Assembly: GCA_949290515.1 (NCBI GenBank)
Contig: CASERZ010000003.1
Location: 2,961-66,960, forward strand
Reading direction: 5' to 3'
From: an uncultured Christensenella sp.
GTDB taxonomy: Bacteria; Bacillota; Clostridia; Christensenellales; UBA3700
DNA: 64,000 bases
Made by a program: the position numbers and the translations under genes. Every line of letters starts with the position of its first letter. Position 1 is the first letter of the stretch. Of the stretch, positions 1 to 9,151 are shown piece after piece. The notes under the pieces were generated by a model. It ran no database searches and had not been told where the DNA came from. It saw nothing but the letters and a program-made list of their open reading frames with translations.

Positions 1-454
1 TCGTAATAACGTCGCTTTCGTAAAATACTGCAAAGTGCAGTCTTAAAATCACATCTTTATCGGTGCATTTCAATTGAACGGTCAAAGTTTCGTCGCTGTT
101 GCGACTAGCTGCCGCCGTTTTAGAAGGTTTACCGTTTTTTATTATCTTATCGAATTGAAAATTGAAAACTTCGTTGTCTTCATCGCACAAAATACAAGCC
201 GACGGACGGGAATCTCCTCTGTGCGCGAACGAGTATTCGAAAGACATATCGTCAATGCCGTAAGAAACGTCGCCCGCCATATACAAAGAATTTACGAGCA
301 ACAACTTTCTCTTTGGAACAAGGGACTCTATATCGTCTTTATTGAGCTTTTTGCCTTAATAAATATGCTGAATATCCTTATGCGGAGTAATCATCATAGC
401 ATAAGTCGTATTAGCCGTTTCGATTATGACAAAATTATTTTTTATCATCGGCAT
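1..454 (-). pseudogene. GH36-type alpha-galactosidase, N-terminal portion (runs off window start), interrupted by in-frame TAA at 356-358 (codon 33)
   Basis: Own minus-strand translation from ATG 454-452 (GGAG 5 nt upstream): MPMIKNNFVIIETANTTYAMMITPHKDIQHIY*GKKLNKDDIESL...FEYSFAHRGDSRPSACIL...LRLHFAVFYESDVIT. The same frame stays open to position 1. It resembles GH36 N-terminal domains (H-I/L-Y-x-G-K-K-L, G-D-x-R-x-P-A). It is absent from the ORF track because of the stop and the window edge. Confidence 0.55.
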
Positions 455-463
455 AATATCTCC

Positions 464-2212
464 TTAAAGTAAATGTTTGTCAATAATTGCCAGACAATCT
501 TTTGCTCTTGCGTTTTCCACTACCGTTATCGTATTGTTTTCCTTGAGCAAGGGCGCAGGAAGATAAAGAGTGCGTTGAGGACCTTTTTTCCAATATCTTC
601 CTATATTGAATCCGTTGACGACAACGAATCCTTTTTCAAATCCGCGCATATCCACAAAGCAATCCTTGCCCTGTTGAGCTTTGAAAGTACCTTGCAATAT
701 AACTCCGCCCTGCAAATCCGCACTGTCTGAGAATCTGACTTTGTCTAGATTGTCGAAAGGCAACGTATAGATATCCCAACCGAATATCGTCTGCAAGCCC
801 AGTCTGACTTTCTGAATACCTTTTCTGTCGGTTTCCATATTAGGTCCGTAATTGGTCCTGCCCATTCCTTCCACGAGAATCTGAATTTTACACTCCTTGT
901 CGAATGCGGGAATTCTGCAAGCGAATCCGTCGTGGTTTTTCTGCGATTTGTTTTTGCATCTGTCATAAGATTTGAGAAGTTTTCCGTCAACTCTCAAATA
1001 CGCTATATCGTGTACGCCTTCGACATAAAGGACTTGTGAGGGATAGCTTCCTTTGATAGTCGTCTCGTAAAGTATATATCCGAAATTCTGATTGAAATAC
1101 TCCATAGATTCGGGGGTAACGTTGAAATGTTTTTCTCCCAAAACATAAATATTTTCCCACAAATCCGCCCTCTTTGTCAGATTTACTTTTCCGATATTTT
1201 GCAGCAACGGTCTTGCGGGCAACTCGCCGTAATCCATACCCTGCGCTTCGTGCAAAATTTTTCTTACTTTGTAATAAGCTTTTGTATAGTCGCCGTATTC
1301 GTTGAGAAGCGCCGCATCGTCGTAACTCGTAACCGTAGGCTGATACTTAGAATAATTATTTGCGCCTGCCCAGAAATTGAAATTCGTACCGCCGTGGAAA
1401 GTATATATATTGATATTTGCTCCAAGGTCAACAAGATTCTTTACTTCGCAAGCCACTTGCTGTGCTATTCTCGTGTGATGTATCTCTCCCCAATGGTCAA
1501 ACCAACCGCACCAAAATTCCATACACGTTTTGGGCATATCTTTTTGGTATTTTTCAAGTATATTGAACGCAGAATTTGCTCGCGAGCCGAAATTGAGAGT
1601 CTTGTATATATGAGGCAACGTGCCGCCCGACAGCATAAAATCGGTATTGCCGTCCGACGTGAAAAACGGAACGTCTATTCCGCTGTCAGTAAGTATCTTT
1701 TCTATTGCTTTGAGATATTCCTTGTCATTACCGTAAGAGCCGTATTCGTTTTCTATCTGAACAGCGAGTATATTGCCCCCGTTGGAGATGAGCATAGGTT
1801 TGAGTTCCTTCGCCATTCTCTCGAGAAAAGGCTTTACCTTTTTCATATATTTGGAATCGTTGCATCTCAATCTCAAATTCTTGTCTTTTAATAACCAAGC
1901 AGGAAAACCGCCGAAATCCCACTCCGCACAGGTATACGGTCCGGGACGGACTATTGCGTAAAGTCCGAGTTTTTGAGCCGTCTTGCAAAATTCGACTATA
2001 TTAAGCATTCCGCCAAAATCGAACTTACCTTCTTCCGGCTCGTGCAAATTCCAGCAAGTTACCGTTTCCACGCAATTCATACCCAAAGCCTTGAGTTTTT
2101 TGAGTCTGTCTTCCCAATACTCGGGCAAAACTCTGAAATAGTGCATCGCTCCGGAAAAAACTCTGAAAGGTTTTCCGTCCAAATAAAACGAATCTTTTCT
2201 TATCTCGAACAT
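464..2212 (-). CDS. beta-galactosidase, glycoside hydrolase family 35
   Basis: ORF 464..2230. The likely start is MFEIRKDSFYLDGKPF at 2212, 1 nt after the upstream gene's stop. GH35 hallmarks are present: FRVFSGAMHYFR, PGPYTCAEWDFGGFP, QIENEYGSYG. Confidence 0.9.
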   Translation of the reverse strand: MFEIRKDSFYLDGKPFRVFSGAMHYFRVLPEYWEDRLKKLKALGMNCVETVTCWNLHEPEEGKFDFGGMLNIVEFCKTAQKLGLYAIVRPGPYTCAEWDFGGFPAWLLKDKNLRLRCNDSKYMKKVKPFLERMAKELKPMLISNGGNILAVQIENEYGSYGNDKEYLKAIEKILTDSGIDVPFFTSDGNTDFMLSGGTLPHIYKTLNFGSRANSAFNILEKYQKDMPKTCMEFWCGWFDHWGEIHHTRIAQQVACEVKNLVDLGANINIYTFHGGTNFNFWAGANNYSKYQPTVTSYDDAALLNEYGDYTKAYYKVRKILHEAQGMDYGELPARPLLQNIGKVNLTKRADLWENIYVLGEKHFNVTPESMEYFNQNFGYILYETTIKGSYPSQVLYVEGVHDIAYLRVDGKLLKSYDRCKNKSQKNHDGFACRIPAFDKECKIQILVEGMGRTNYGPNMETDRKGIQKVRLGLQTIFGWDIYTLPFDNLDKVRFSDSADLQGGVILQGTFKAQQGKDCFVDMRGFEKGFVVVNGFNIGRYWKKGPQRTLYLPAPLLKENNTITVVENARAKDCLAIIDKHLL

Positions 2213-2213
2213 A

Positions 2214-4085
2214 TTACAAATTCTCCTCAAATTTTATTTCAAATGCCTTAAGTTCGCCCGTTATCTTTCCTATACCCAACAAGTCGAAGTCATACGTCTG
2301 CGGTTTATCCCCGCTGTTCCTGAGCATTACTATGTGCTTTTTGTCGCGGCAAGCGTAATAACCGTATACCTGACCTTTATCGGGTCTTCCCCCGAAGAAT
2401 TGCGACGTACTCAATAAGTCAAAATTTTTCTCCGTCCATTTGAGAATATCGCACGTTGTCTGCCACTTCTGCTTATTCATCATTGCAGGAGAAAAATACA
2501 ATTCTATAAGTCCGCTGCCTCTCATCATACACGCTTTGAGATAAGTGGCAAACTCCTCGTCGGTATAGACGACGGGTTTATCCTTTTGCCAAGGTCGGGA
2601 AACATTGTAGTTTCTCAATGCGTAACAAGGCTCGTGATTGTAGAGATGGCAAGCAGGAAATTGCAATTGTCTGTCCTCGTAGAAATTGCGATAACGCTCG
2701 TCGCGGTAATTCAGACACATCGACAAATCGTTACCCTTGCCGACATAGCCCATATCCGAAGCGTTGTTCATCCAGATAAAATCCACCCACTTGAGAAACC
2801 AGGGCGAACAATGCACGTAAGACGTGATATTCAAACAAACGTCTGGCTGAACTCTGCGGATTTTTTCAAAGCCTTTTATCCACTCCTCCCAAAAATAAGT
2901 GTAGAAAGCAAGCCCTTCGCCTTTTGCCTTGATATGATTGTGATTACTCTTTTTGCAAGGCGCTTTCGCGAAGCCGTCGATTTTAAAATAATCCACGTTG
3001 TAAATGCGGCAAAACTCTGCCATTTTATCGCACAAATCCGATATGTATCTCTTGTCTGCCGTACAAATATCGCAGCTTCTCGTATTGACGTGATAGCCTA
3101 TTTTTTTGAGTAATCTTGCAAACTTTATAGTCTGCGACGTATATCCCCCTCTAGGACCGAACCATACCCCGAACTTACTGCCTAAAGACTGAGTAAGTTT
3201 GGCTTCGTTTGCAAAACCGTCCTTGAATTTGTCGTTGAACTCCCAGAATACGGGTTTCTTATACTCTGCCCAACCGTCGTCAACAACATAGCAATCCAAA
3301 GGTCTGAGTCCCGTATCTTTTAGTCCTTCGTATACTTGTTTGAAAGATTTTTCTATCCTCTCCGGCGTTATATCCAGCATATTGTCATACCAACTGTTGA
3401 ACTGAAGTCTCAATCTGAAAGGTCTGGATATGCTCTCGATATATTCAAAAAAGGCTTTTCTCATTGCCACAAAATTGTCGGCACTGCCCGCGCCTACTAC
3501 CTGCATAGGCAATTCGTAAACCAAATTCTCGCATACCTCAGAAAGCTTTCTGCCCGTATTGTATCTGCAATACGCTTTATCCGCCCCAATCGCATTCTCG
3601 CCTACGGGGGATTCGGTGCCTATAAACATATCGCCCAAATACAAAGGTTGTCCCAGTCTTGCGATAGATTGAGGCAAATAAGTCTTTCCCGCATAAGGCG
3701 CTTGCCACACAAACGCTATATTACCGCAATCAAAAGTCTGCAAATCCGCATACTCGATAAATATATCCTCTTTTGCCTTAAGAACAACTTTTTTATACAA
3801 TACGCCTTGCTTGCCCGATATGTAGGAAACTTGCAAAAGAAAACTGCCGTCTTTGCAAACAAGCTTATATCCCTTTTCGTCTGCGTTTTGCACTGTCATA
3901 TCAGCCTTCGTCACGACTTTTGCTTTCTTGTCGCAACCGCGTCTGTATTTTACGGACACGTCCTCGCTGTTTGAAGAATAGACGTTGCCGGTCAACAGAT
4001 TGCGGTATTCGACAGATTCGATAACACCGTTTTGACAGTAAAGAGTTTTTTGAATTTTTTGGCTTTGATAAATCAGTTTGTTCAT
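2214..4085 (-). CDS. clan GH-D-like glycosidase (GH27/GH36-like alpha-galactosidase / alpha-N-acetylgalactosaminidase superfamily)
   Basis: ORF 2214..4175. The start MNKLIYQ at 4085 is preceded by GGGGGAAA. Motifs CYVVDDGW and NVDYFKIDGF resemble the DDGW and K-x-D nucleophile regions of clan GH-D. The exact family is not resolved by eye. Confidence 0.55.
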   Translation of the reverse strand: MNKLIYQSQKIQKTLYCQNGVIESVEYRNLLTGNVYSSNSEDVSVKYRRGCDKKAKVVTKADMTVQNADEKGYKLVCKDGSFLLQVSYISGKQGVLYKKVVLKAKEDIFIEYADLQTFDCGNIAFVWQAPYAGKTYLPQSIARLGQPLYLGDMFIGTESPVGENAIGADKAYCRYNTGRKLSEVCENLVYELPMQVVGAGSADNFVAMRKAFFEYIESISRPFRLRLQFNSWYDNMLDITPERIEKSFKQVYEGLKDTGLRPLDCYVVDDGWAEYKKPVFWEFNDKFKDGFANEAKLTQSLGSKFGVWFGPRGGYTSQTIKFARLLKKIGYHVNTRSCDICTADKRYISDLCDKMAEFCRIYNVDYFKIDGFAKAPCKKSNHNHIKAKGEGLAFYTYFWEEWIKGFEKIRRVQPDVCLNITSYVHCSPWFLKWVDFIWMNNASDMGYVGKGNDLSMCLNYRDERYRNFYEDRQLQFPACHLYNHEPCYALRNYNVSRPWQKDKPVVYTDEEFATYLKACMMRGSGLIELYFSPAMMNKQKWQTTCDILKWTEKNFDLLSTSQFFGGRPDKGQVYGYYACRDKKHIVMLRNSGDKPQTYDFDLLGIGKITGELKAFEIKFEENL

Positions 4086-4446
4086 AATGATTTCCCCCTG
4101 GCTTGAATTTTTTCTGCAAGACTTCTGACATAGTCGCAGAATACGTTGTTTCTTTTGTCGAGGTCCTGTTCCCATACCAACAAGTCGGGCAAAGACACGG
4201 CAAAATAATCTATTATGCAGTGTTTGTTCTTGTTGACGTTATAGTAATTCGTAAATGCTTGCTTTATTTCTTTTGCACAAGACTTATTGCCGAGTTTTAG
4301 CTCAGCAAGCGCTTTGTAATAGATGTACTCGATAGGATTTCTGTGTAAGATAAATATTAGGTATTGCTATGACAAGTGCCAAAACCACCGCGCAAACCGT
4401 AACGGCAATAATTATTTTTTTCGATTTAGAAGACGGTTGTTTCATA
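4082..4446 (-). pseudogene. small N-terminally membrane-anchored protein with apparent +1 frameshift
   Basis: ATG 4446-4444 sits after GAGGT. Frame A gives MKQPSSKSKKIIIAVTVCAVVLALVIAIPNIYLTQKSYRVHLLQSAC*. A Met-less 95-codon open frame (+1) continues as ...NPIEYIYYKALAELKLGNKSCAKEIKQAFTNYYNV...SLAEKIQARGKSL*. That frame ends in an ATGA overlap with the next gene's start. Confidence 0.45.
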
Positions 4447-4452
4447 TTTACC

Positions 4453-6081
4453 TCATTGCAATTTTACGATATCGGAATTTTTGGATTTTATTCTTTTTGC
4501 GCCTTTGAAGACGTTGTCCGAGATGACTATGTTGTCAGTCGATTTAAAATACAATCCTCCTTTTTCGCCGCTGTCGAAGGTATTGTTTTTTATTGTAATA
4601 TTTTTGTGTACATATCCTCTGTGAAAGGCATTTTCGGGTTTGACGAAAACGTTGTACATAGGACACTCGCCGAAATAGTTGTTTTCAATGACGACGTCCT
4701 GCACGTTGCCGCTTTCGTACCAACTCTTCGCGTCATCGGATATCAGAATCGAATGCATTGACGTATTGATAAATCTGTTGTTGGAAATTCGTACTTTCCC
4801 GCTTGTAGTTACAAGTACTCCTCGCGTTATGATTCTGCTCATAGTATTGTTTTCAAAATTAAGACTAGGACAAGCGTCAATGTCTTCTATGACGAAACCG
4901 ACAGGCGCGGTAATTTCGCTGTCAAGTTCAAGTCGTAAGGTTTTTTCGTCTATGAGCTCGGAAGAGATTATTCTCGCTCTGTCTCCGCCCGTAAGAGTTT
5001 TGGGGTCAACGACCTTTACCGTATCCCCCTCTCTCAAAGGATTGAATCCGTGAGATTGCAGATGAGCGAATTTGACCGTTATAGTCTTACCTTCGCGCGA
5101 TACTATGGGAAAATGGATACCGTGTACGTTCAGACAATCGTCACCCGAACCTTTGAAATAATTATCCTTAATATTCACTACGCCTCTGCACATACAAATC
5201 TGAATAAAGTCAGCAACCGACGCCATTAACTTGCTGCTGTTTGCCTGAGGGGCAAATCTGCATTTGTTTATGGAAATATCCTTGCTGTTCTGGCATACGA
5301 CTGCCAAGGAATAGTTGAAGTATTGATTAATTCCTTCAAGCGTTACATTTTCGCAGTTGTCCACAAAAATTCCCGCATACTTTCTCCTGACGTCAAAGCA
5401 ATAGAATCTGTCGCCTTTTTTGTAGTTTTTAGGAAACAAATAATAGGCTCTGAACAAATTCGAAGAAAGTTCCTTGATTTTATACGAACCTAACAGCGGA
5501 TGACTAACGCGGCGTATCTTATCCGGATTATCCGTGCCGATATGTCCTATCCAAAAAGCCGAAGCCGCTTTATTGTTGAACGGAACGCAATAATCCTTAC
5601 CTGCAAAATAATATTTGCCGTCAATGCATACATAACGGCTTTCTGCATCTACGTTGAAATCTATATAATTGTATTTTTTATCTGAAACCCTGAATTCGTG
5701 CAAATCGGGATTTAAAGTCCTGATAGCAAAATCTTTGAGCGTAACGTTTTGACAACCTATGACGGATACATTCGTCATCTGACCGTCAAGTACAAAAGTG
5801 CAACCGTTGCCTTCAAAAATCAGATTGTCAACGTCTTCTATCAATACGGCAACGGTGTTTAGGTGAGGTTCCTCACCATTTTCCCACTCGTTGTCACCTA
5901 TCGTATTTGTTATGTACAATTTCTTTTTAGCGGCATTGGCCGACGATATAAAATACTCGCCTTTTTCAAATTCCAATATCTTTTCTTCTTTTACGCTCTT
6001 GAGCTCTTGAAGAAGTTGCTGCAATTCCTCGGTTATGTCTTTGCCGCATACGATACCTTTTTCTTTTACTTTTATCCTCAT
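4453..6081 (-). CDS. right-handed parallel beta-helix protein, candidate glycosidase (GH110-like alpha-1,3-galactosidase is my best guess)
   Basis: 542-aa ORF with repeated beta-helix (PbH1-like) turns (NVTLKDFAIR, ISNNRFINT, VVIENNYFGEC, ITIKNNTF). The motif DDAKSWYESGNVQDV and the N-terminal EFEKGEYF...IFEGNGCTFVLDG recall GH110. It is embedded in a glycosidase operon. Confidence 0.5.
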   Translation of the reverse strand: MRIKVKEKGIVCGKDITEELQQLLQELKSVKEEKILEFEKGEYFISSANAAKKKLYITNTIGDNEWENGEEPHLNTVAVLIEDVDNLIFEGNGCTFVLDGQMTNVSVIGCQNVTLKDFAIRTLNPDLHEFRVSDKKYNYIDFNVDAESRYVCIDGKYYFAGKDYCVPFNNKAASAFWIGHIGTDNPDKIRRVSHPLLGSYKIKELSSNLFRAYYLFPKNYKKGDRFYCFDVRRKYAGIFVDNCENVTLEGINQYFNYSLAVVCQNSKDISINKCRFAPQANSSKLMASVADFIQICMCRGVVNIKDNYFKGSGDDCLNVHGIHFPIVSREGKTITVKFAHLQSHGFNPLREGDTVKVVDPKTLTGGDRARIISSELIDEKTLRLELDSEITAPVGFVIEDIDACPSLNFENNTMSRIITRGVLVTTSGKVRISNNRFINTSMHSILISDDAKSWYESGNVQDVVIENNYFGECPMYNVFVKPENAFHRGYVHKNITIKNNTFDSGEKGGLYFKSTDNIVISDNVFKGAKRIKSKNSDIVKLQ

Positions 6082-6098
6082 AATTTATCCTTTCTCGT

Positions 6099-8297
6099 TT
6101 AAACAAGTTTTGCGTTTTCCAAAATCGCGTTTTCCGATAGGTTGACATTCCTCAATCTCACCGGTTTGTCTGATTTGAATTTTATCACCAGACCGTTTTG
6201 CCACTCAAAGTCTAATCTTATTCCGTTGACTATGTGTCCGCTTACGCTGCCGTTTTTAAGTTGGTCTATACACGCCGGTAACAATTCTATTATTCCGTCT
6301 TCCTCGTATACCAACAATTCGTTGATACCTGCGACAAATCCGAAGTTTCCGTCAATCTGAAAAAATACGGGCGGATGAAAATCAAAGAGATTTTTCAATA
6401 TGGATTTAGCAAGCATACAGTTTACTGTTTTTCCTGCTGTTTCCTTATCGTGGAATCTTCCCGCGAGACATATTGCCCACGCCGCGCTCCAACCGATAGA
6501 GGAATGAGAATTGTCCGTTCTTACTTTGAAAAGTTTGTAGTTGAGTTTGCAAAGTTCTTTGTCTTTATAATATCCTACCGTCTTCCCGGGATATACGCCG
6601 TACAGAGGAGAGAAATGTCTGTGCCCCTTTTCGTTAAAGTCAAATTCCTTATGCCATTCTGCAAGTCCGAATTTACACTCCTGATAAGGATAAAGTTTTT
6701 TCACCGCTTCTTTTATTCTCTGTTTGATATCCTCCGACATAGGACTTTCGAGCGCATACGAGAAAGCTCTCCTTATCACTGACATTTCGAAAGCTCCCGC
6801 ATAATCAACGCTTGCCGTACCGTCGCTTGCGTTGAATCTCAATTCGGGAGACGCTGAAGGACAGGTGACGAGATATCCGTCTTTTTCTGTAAGATAATCG
6901 AGAATAAACAATACGCTCTGTTCCAACGCATACAAGGTGTCTTTGTCGAAGCCCTTGCCGCCGTTAAGCTGATGCGCTACCGTCTCGTTGACTATCCACG
7001 CTCCGCACAGGGGCGCATACATATATTCGGCGTCGCCTCTCACGGGAGAAGTATTGCGCCAGATATCGACATTGTGATTGCAGGCAAATCCTTTTGCCCC
7101 GTAATTTACCTTTGCCGTATTCTGTCCTCTCTCGACAATTTCTTTGGTAGCTTGATAAAAAGGTTTCAAACACTCCTGCAAACCTACGGTACTAGCGTGC
7201 CAATAGTTCATTTCGTAATTTATATTAGTAGTGAGATTACTGCTCCAAGGCGGTCTGACGCTGTGATTCCATTGTCCTTGCAGATTAAGCGGTTGAGAAT
7301 TACGGCTTCCGGCTATCGTCATATATTTTCCGTAATTATACAAAAGGCTTATCAATTCCGCCTCAGCCATTCCGCTCTTTGCTTTTTCAAGCATAGAGAG
7401 TACGTCTTTATCCGAATTTTCGCCGATAACAAGCTTGTGTCTGTCGTACAATGCCTTATAGTCGCTTATGTGCGATTGCAATACCTTTTCATAATCGTAA
7501 ACTTTAAGATTTTTCACTGTATCCGCTATCACTTTTTCGCAATCGCTGACGGGCATTTTGTCATAACCCGAAAATCCCGTGCCTGTGACAGAATAAATAT
7601 TCACATAACTCGCACCCGTTACCTTGATACTTTTACTGCCGTAAATAACGCTGCCGTCGGTATCTATGCTTGTAGCAAGACAAAAAGCCATTGCCTTTTT
7701 CTCGTTGTACCTGATAGGGAAAAGTTTGGTTCTCAAATAATTAGGTAAAGCTACGTCGGGAGCGTTGCCGTACACGATAAGTTTTTTATCGCTCACTCTC
7801 ACGCTGTGTTTTACTTTCGAACTTGCGCTTATGACCAAACCGAATTTTTCCTTGCTTTCCGCCCTGTACACGGCAACGTTATCGGGATAGGATACAAAAC
7901 ACGTGCGCTTCAACTGACCGCTCTCTGCTTGAAAAAGCGCTGTCTCCAAATCAAGACTGTGTTTGTAATTCTTGCTGTCTTTAACGCTTGTAAATTTGAT
8001 TTTCAAGTCGGCAAGCGGCATATATGCCTGCGAATAATTGCCGTATAAATTGTCTTTTACAAATTGACTTGCAAGAGAATTTTTTCCTTGAAAAATCAGC
8101 TCTCTTGCTTTTTGCAAATTTTCAAAAGCCTCTTTTCTGTCGTGATTTTGAGGATAGCCCGACCAAAAAGTAGCGTCGTTGAAACAGAGTTTTTCGCTAC
8201 TTTTACCGCCGTAAACCATCACGGCTGTTTTGCCGTTACCCAAAGGCAATGCCTCGTGCCAGAATTTCGCAGGTCTGAAATAAATCAAACTGTTCAT
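6099..8297 (-). CDS. alpha-L-fucosidase, glycoside hydrolase family 95
   Basis: 732-aa ORF. The N-terminus WHEALPLGNGKTAVMVYGG...FNDATFWSG is the characteristic GH95 signature. Size is right for the family. Confidence 0.85.
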   Translation of the reverse strand: MNSLIYFRPAKFWHEALPLGNGKTAVMVYGGKSSEKLCFNDATFWSGYPQNHDRKEAFENLQKARELIFQGKNSLASQFVKDNLYGNYSQAYMPLADLKIKFTSVKDSKNYKHSLDLETALFQAESGQLKRTCFVSYPDNVAVYRAESKEKFGLVISASSKVKHSVRVSDKKLIVYGNAPDVALPNYLRTKLFPIRYNEKKAMAFCLATSIDTDGSVIYGSKSIKVTGASYVNIYSVTGTGFSGYDKMPVSDCEKVIADTVKNLKVYDYEKVLQSHISDYKALYDRHKLVIGENSDKDVLSMLEKAKSGMAEAELISLLYNYGKYMTIAGSRNSQPLNLQGQWNHSVRPPWSSNLTTNINYEMNYWHASTVGLQECLKPFYQATKEIVERGQNTAKVNYGAKGFACNHNVDIWRNTSPVRGDAEYMYAPLCGAWIVNETVAHQLNGGKGFDKDTLYALEQSVLFILDYLTEKDGYLVTCPSASPELRFNASDGTASVDYAGAFEMSVIRRAFSYALESPMSEDIKQRIKEAVKKLYPYQECKFGLAEWHKEFDFNEKGHRHFSPLYGVYPGKTVGYYKDKELCKLNYKLFKVRTDNSHSSIGWSAAWAICLAGRFHDKETAGKTVNCMLAKSILKNLFDFHPPVFFQIDGNFGFVAGINELLVYEEDGIIELLPACIDQLKNGSVSGHIVNGIRLDFEWQNGLVIKFKSDKPVRLRNVNLSENAILENAKLV

Positions 8298-8341
8298 CTT
8301 TTTCTCCCTTTATCTTTTTACATATATCGTCTGTCAATTTA

Positions 8342-8370
8342 ATTATATATTCATATAATTTTTTTGTCCA
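8342..8370 (-). promoter_or_regulatory. candidate sigma-A promoter for the GH95 operon (TGGACA-17 nt-TATAAT)
   Basis: Minus strand reads TGGACAaaaaaattatatgaataTATAAT, about 45 nt upstream of the GH95 ATG. Confidence 0.35.
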
Positions 8371-8379
8371 TACAAAATA

Positions 8380-8809
8380 TCAATCGACTTTTATCTCAAA
8401 ACAAACAGGCATCTTTGTATCCAAAGGTTTTTCCAGTCGTAATTCGAGATATTTTTTGCTGATTTTCCATTGAACTTTGTCACTGTATCCCAAGACTTTT
8501 ACGCCTTGTATAATGAAATGGAAATTATCTCTGCTTAACCCCAACTTTTTTAGCCTGAACACCTTTTGCTTACGCTTCGTCAAAGCGAATGCATATATGA
8601 CAAGGTCTGTACGTATATCTGTAATCGCCGCTCTTGTAGTGCATTCTCTCTCTGAAACTGCCTGCCGCCTGTTTGCTGCCCTCGCCCCAGAATTTATAAG
8701 GAACTGTACCCCATATAGCGTCTTTGTTATCCGATGCCGACAAACCCGTAAAAATAGGAACATACGTCGAAAAACAAGTAAAAGTATATATCAAAGATAT
8801 GCTTTTCAC
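8380..8809 (-). pseudogene. 5'-truncated, frame-shifted remnant of a GH29-type alpha-L-fucosidase C-terminal domain
   Basis: Two overlapping minus-strand frames (8380..8763 and 8570..8809). The distal part, ...DIRTDLVIYAFALTKRKQKVFRLKKLG...VKVLGYSDKVQWKISKKYLELRLEKPLDTKMPVCFEIKVD, resembles the C-terminal beta-sandwich of GH29 enzymes. There is no catalytic domain, no credible start and no RBS. Confidence 0.35.
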
Positions 8810-8990
8810 AAAAGACTTCGACAGAAAACAAGGCGACTATGCGGATTACTGTTGCAACGTGGAATGTTACACCAACCAATATATGCTCGAGATAGAATCT
8901 TTGTCAGCTCTGCAATCCTTGGAAGTCGGACAAAGCGTTATACACTCCGAGCACTGGACATTAAACAAAATCACCCATAATGTACAGTAA
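8724..8990 (+). pseudogene. 3' remnant of a mutarotase-like / DUF4380-like gene
   Basis: Only the last ~55 codons look protein-like (NVECYTNQYMLEIESLSALQSLEVGQSVIHSEHWTL). A strong terminator follows. The ORF overlaps the oppositely oriented GH29 remnant head-to-head. Confidence 0.3.
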
Positions 8991-9021
8991 AAGCCCTTAA
9001 GGCGGCACTGTTTCTTTCCCC

Positions 9022-9057
9022 GATATCCCCGATTTTTCGGGGATATCTTTCTTTATT
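9022..9057 (+). terminator. rho-independent terminator
   Basis: Perfect 11-bp stem GATATCCCCGA/TCGGGGATATC with a 4-nt loop, followed by TTTCTTTATT. Confidence 0.6.
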
Positions 9058-9151
9058 ACTCTATGCCTATGCGCCTTTTACTCACATCTGCCTACCTGCT
9101 TTTCTTTTAAATCGTTTACATTTATCCCGCGGCAATGCCTTTTGCATACTG

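Noticed and set aside
74-472. 132-aa plus-strand ORF at the window start.
   Set aside because: It is antisense to the GH36 N-terminal coding frame, which shows family motifs. It has no RBS and an implausible composition.
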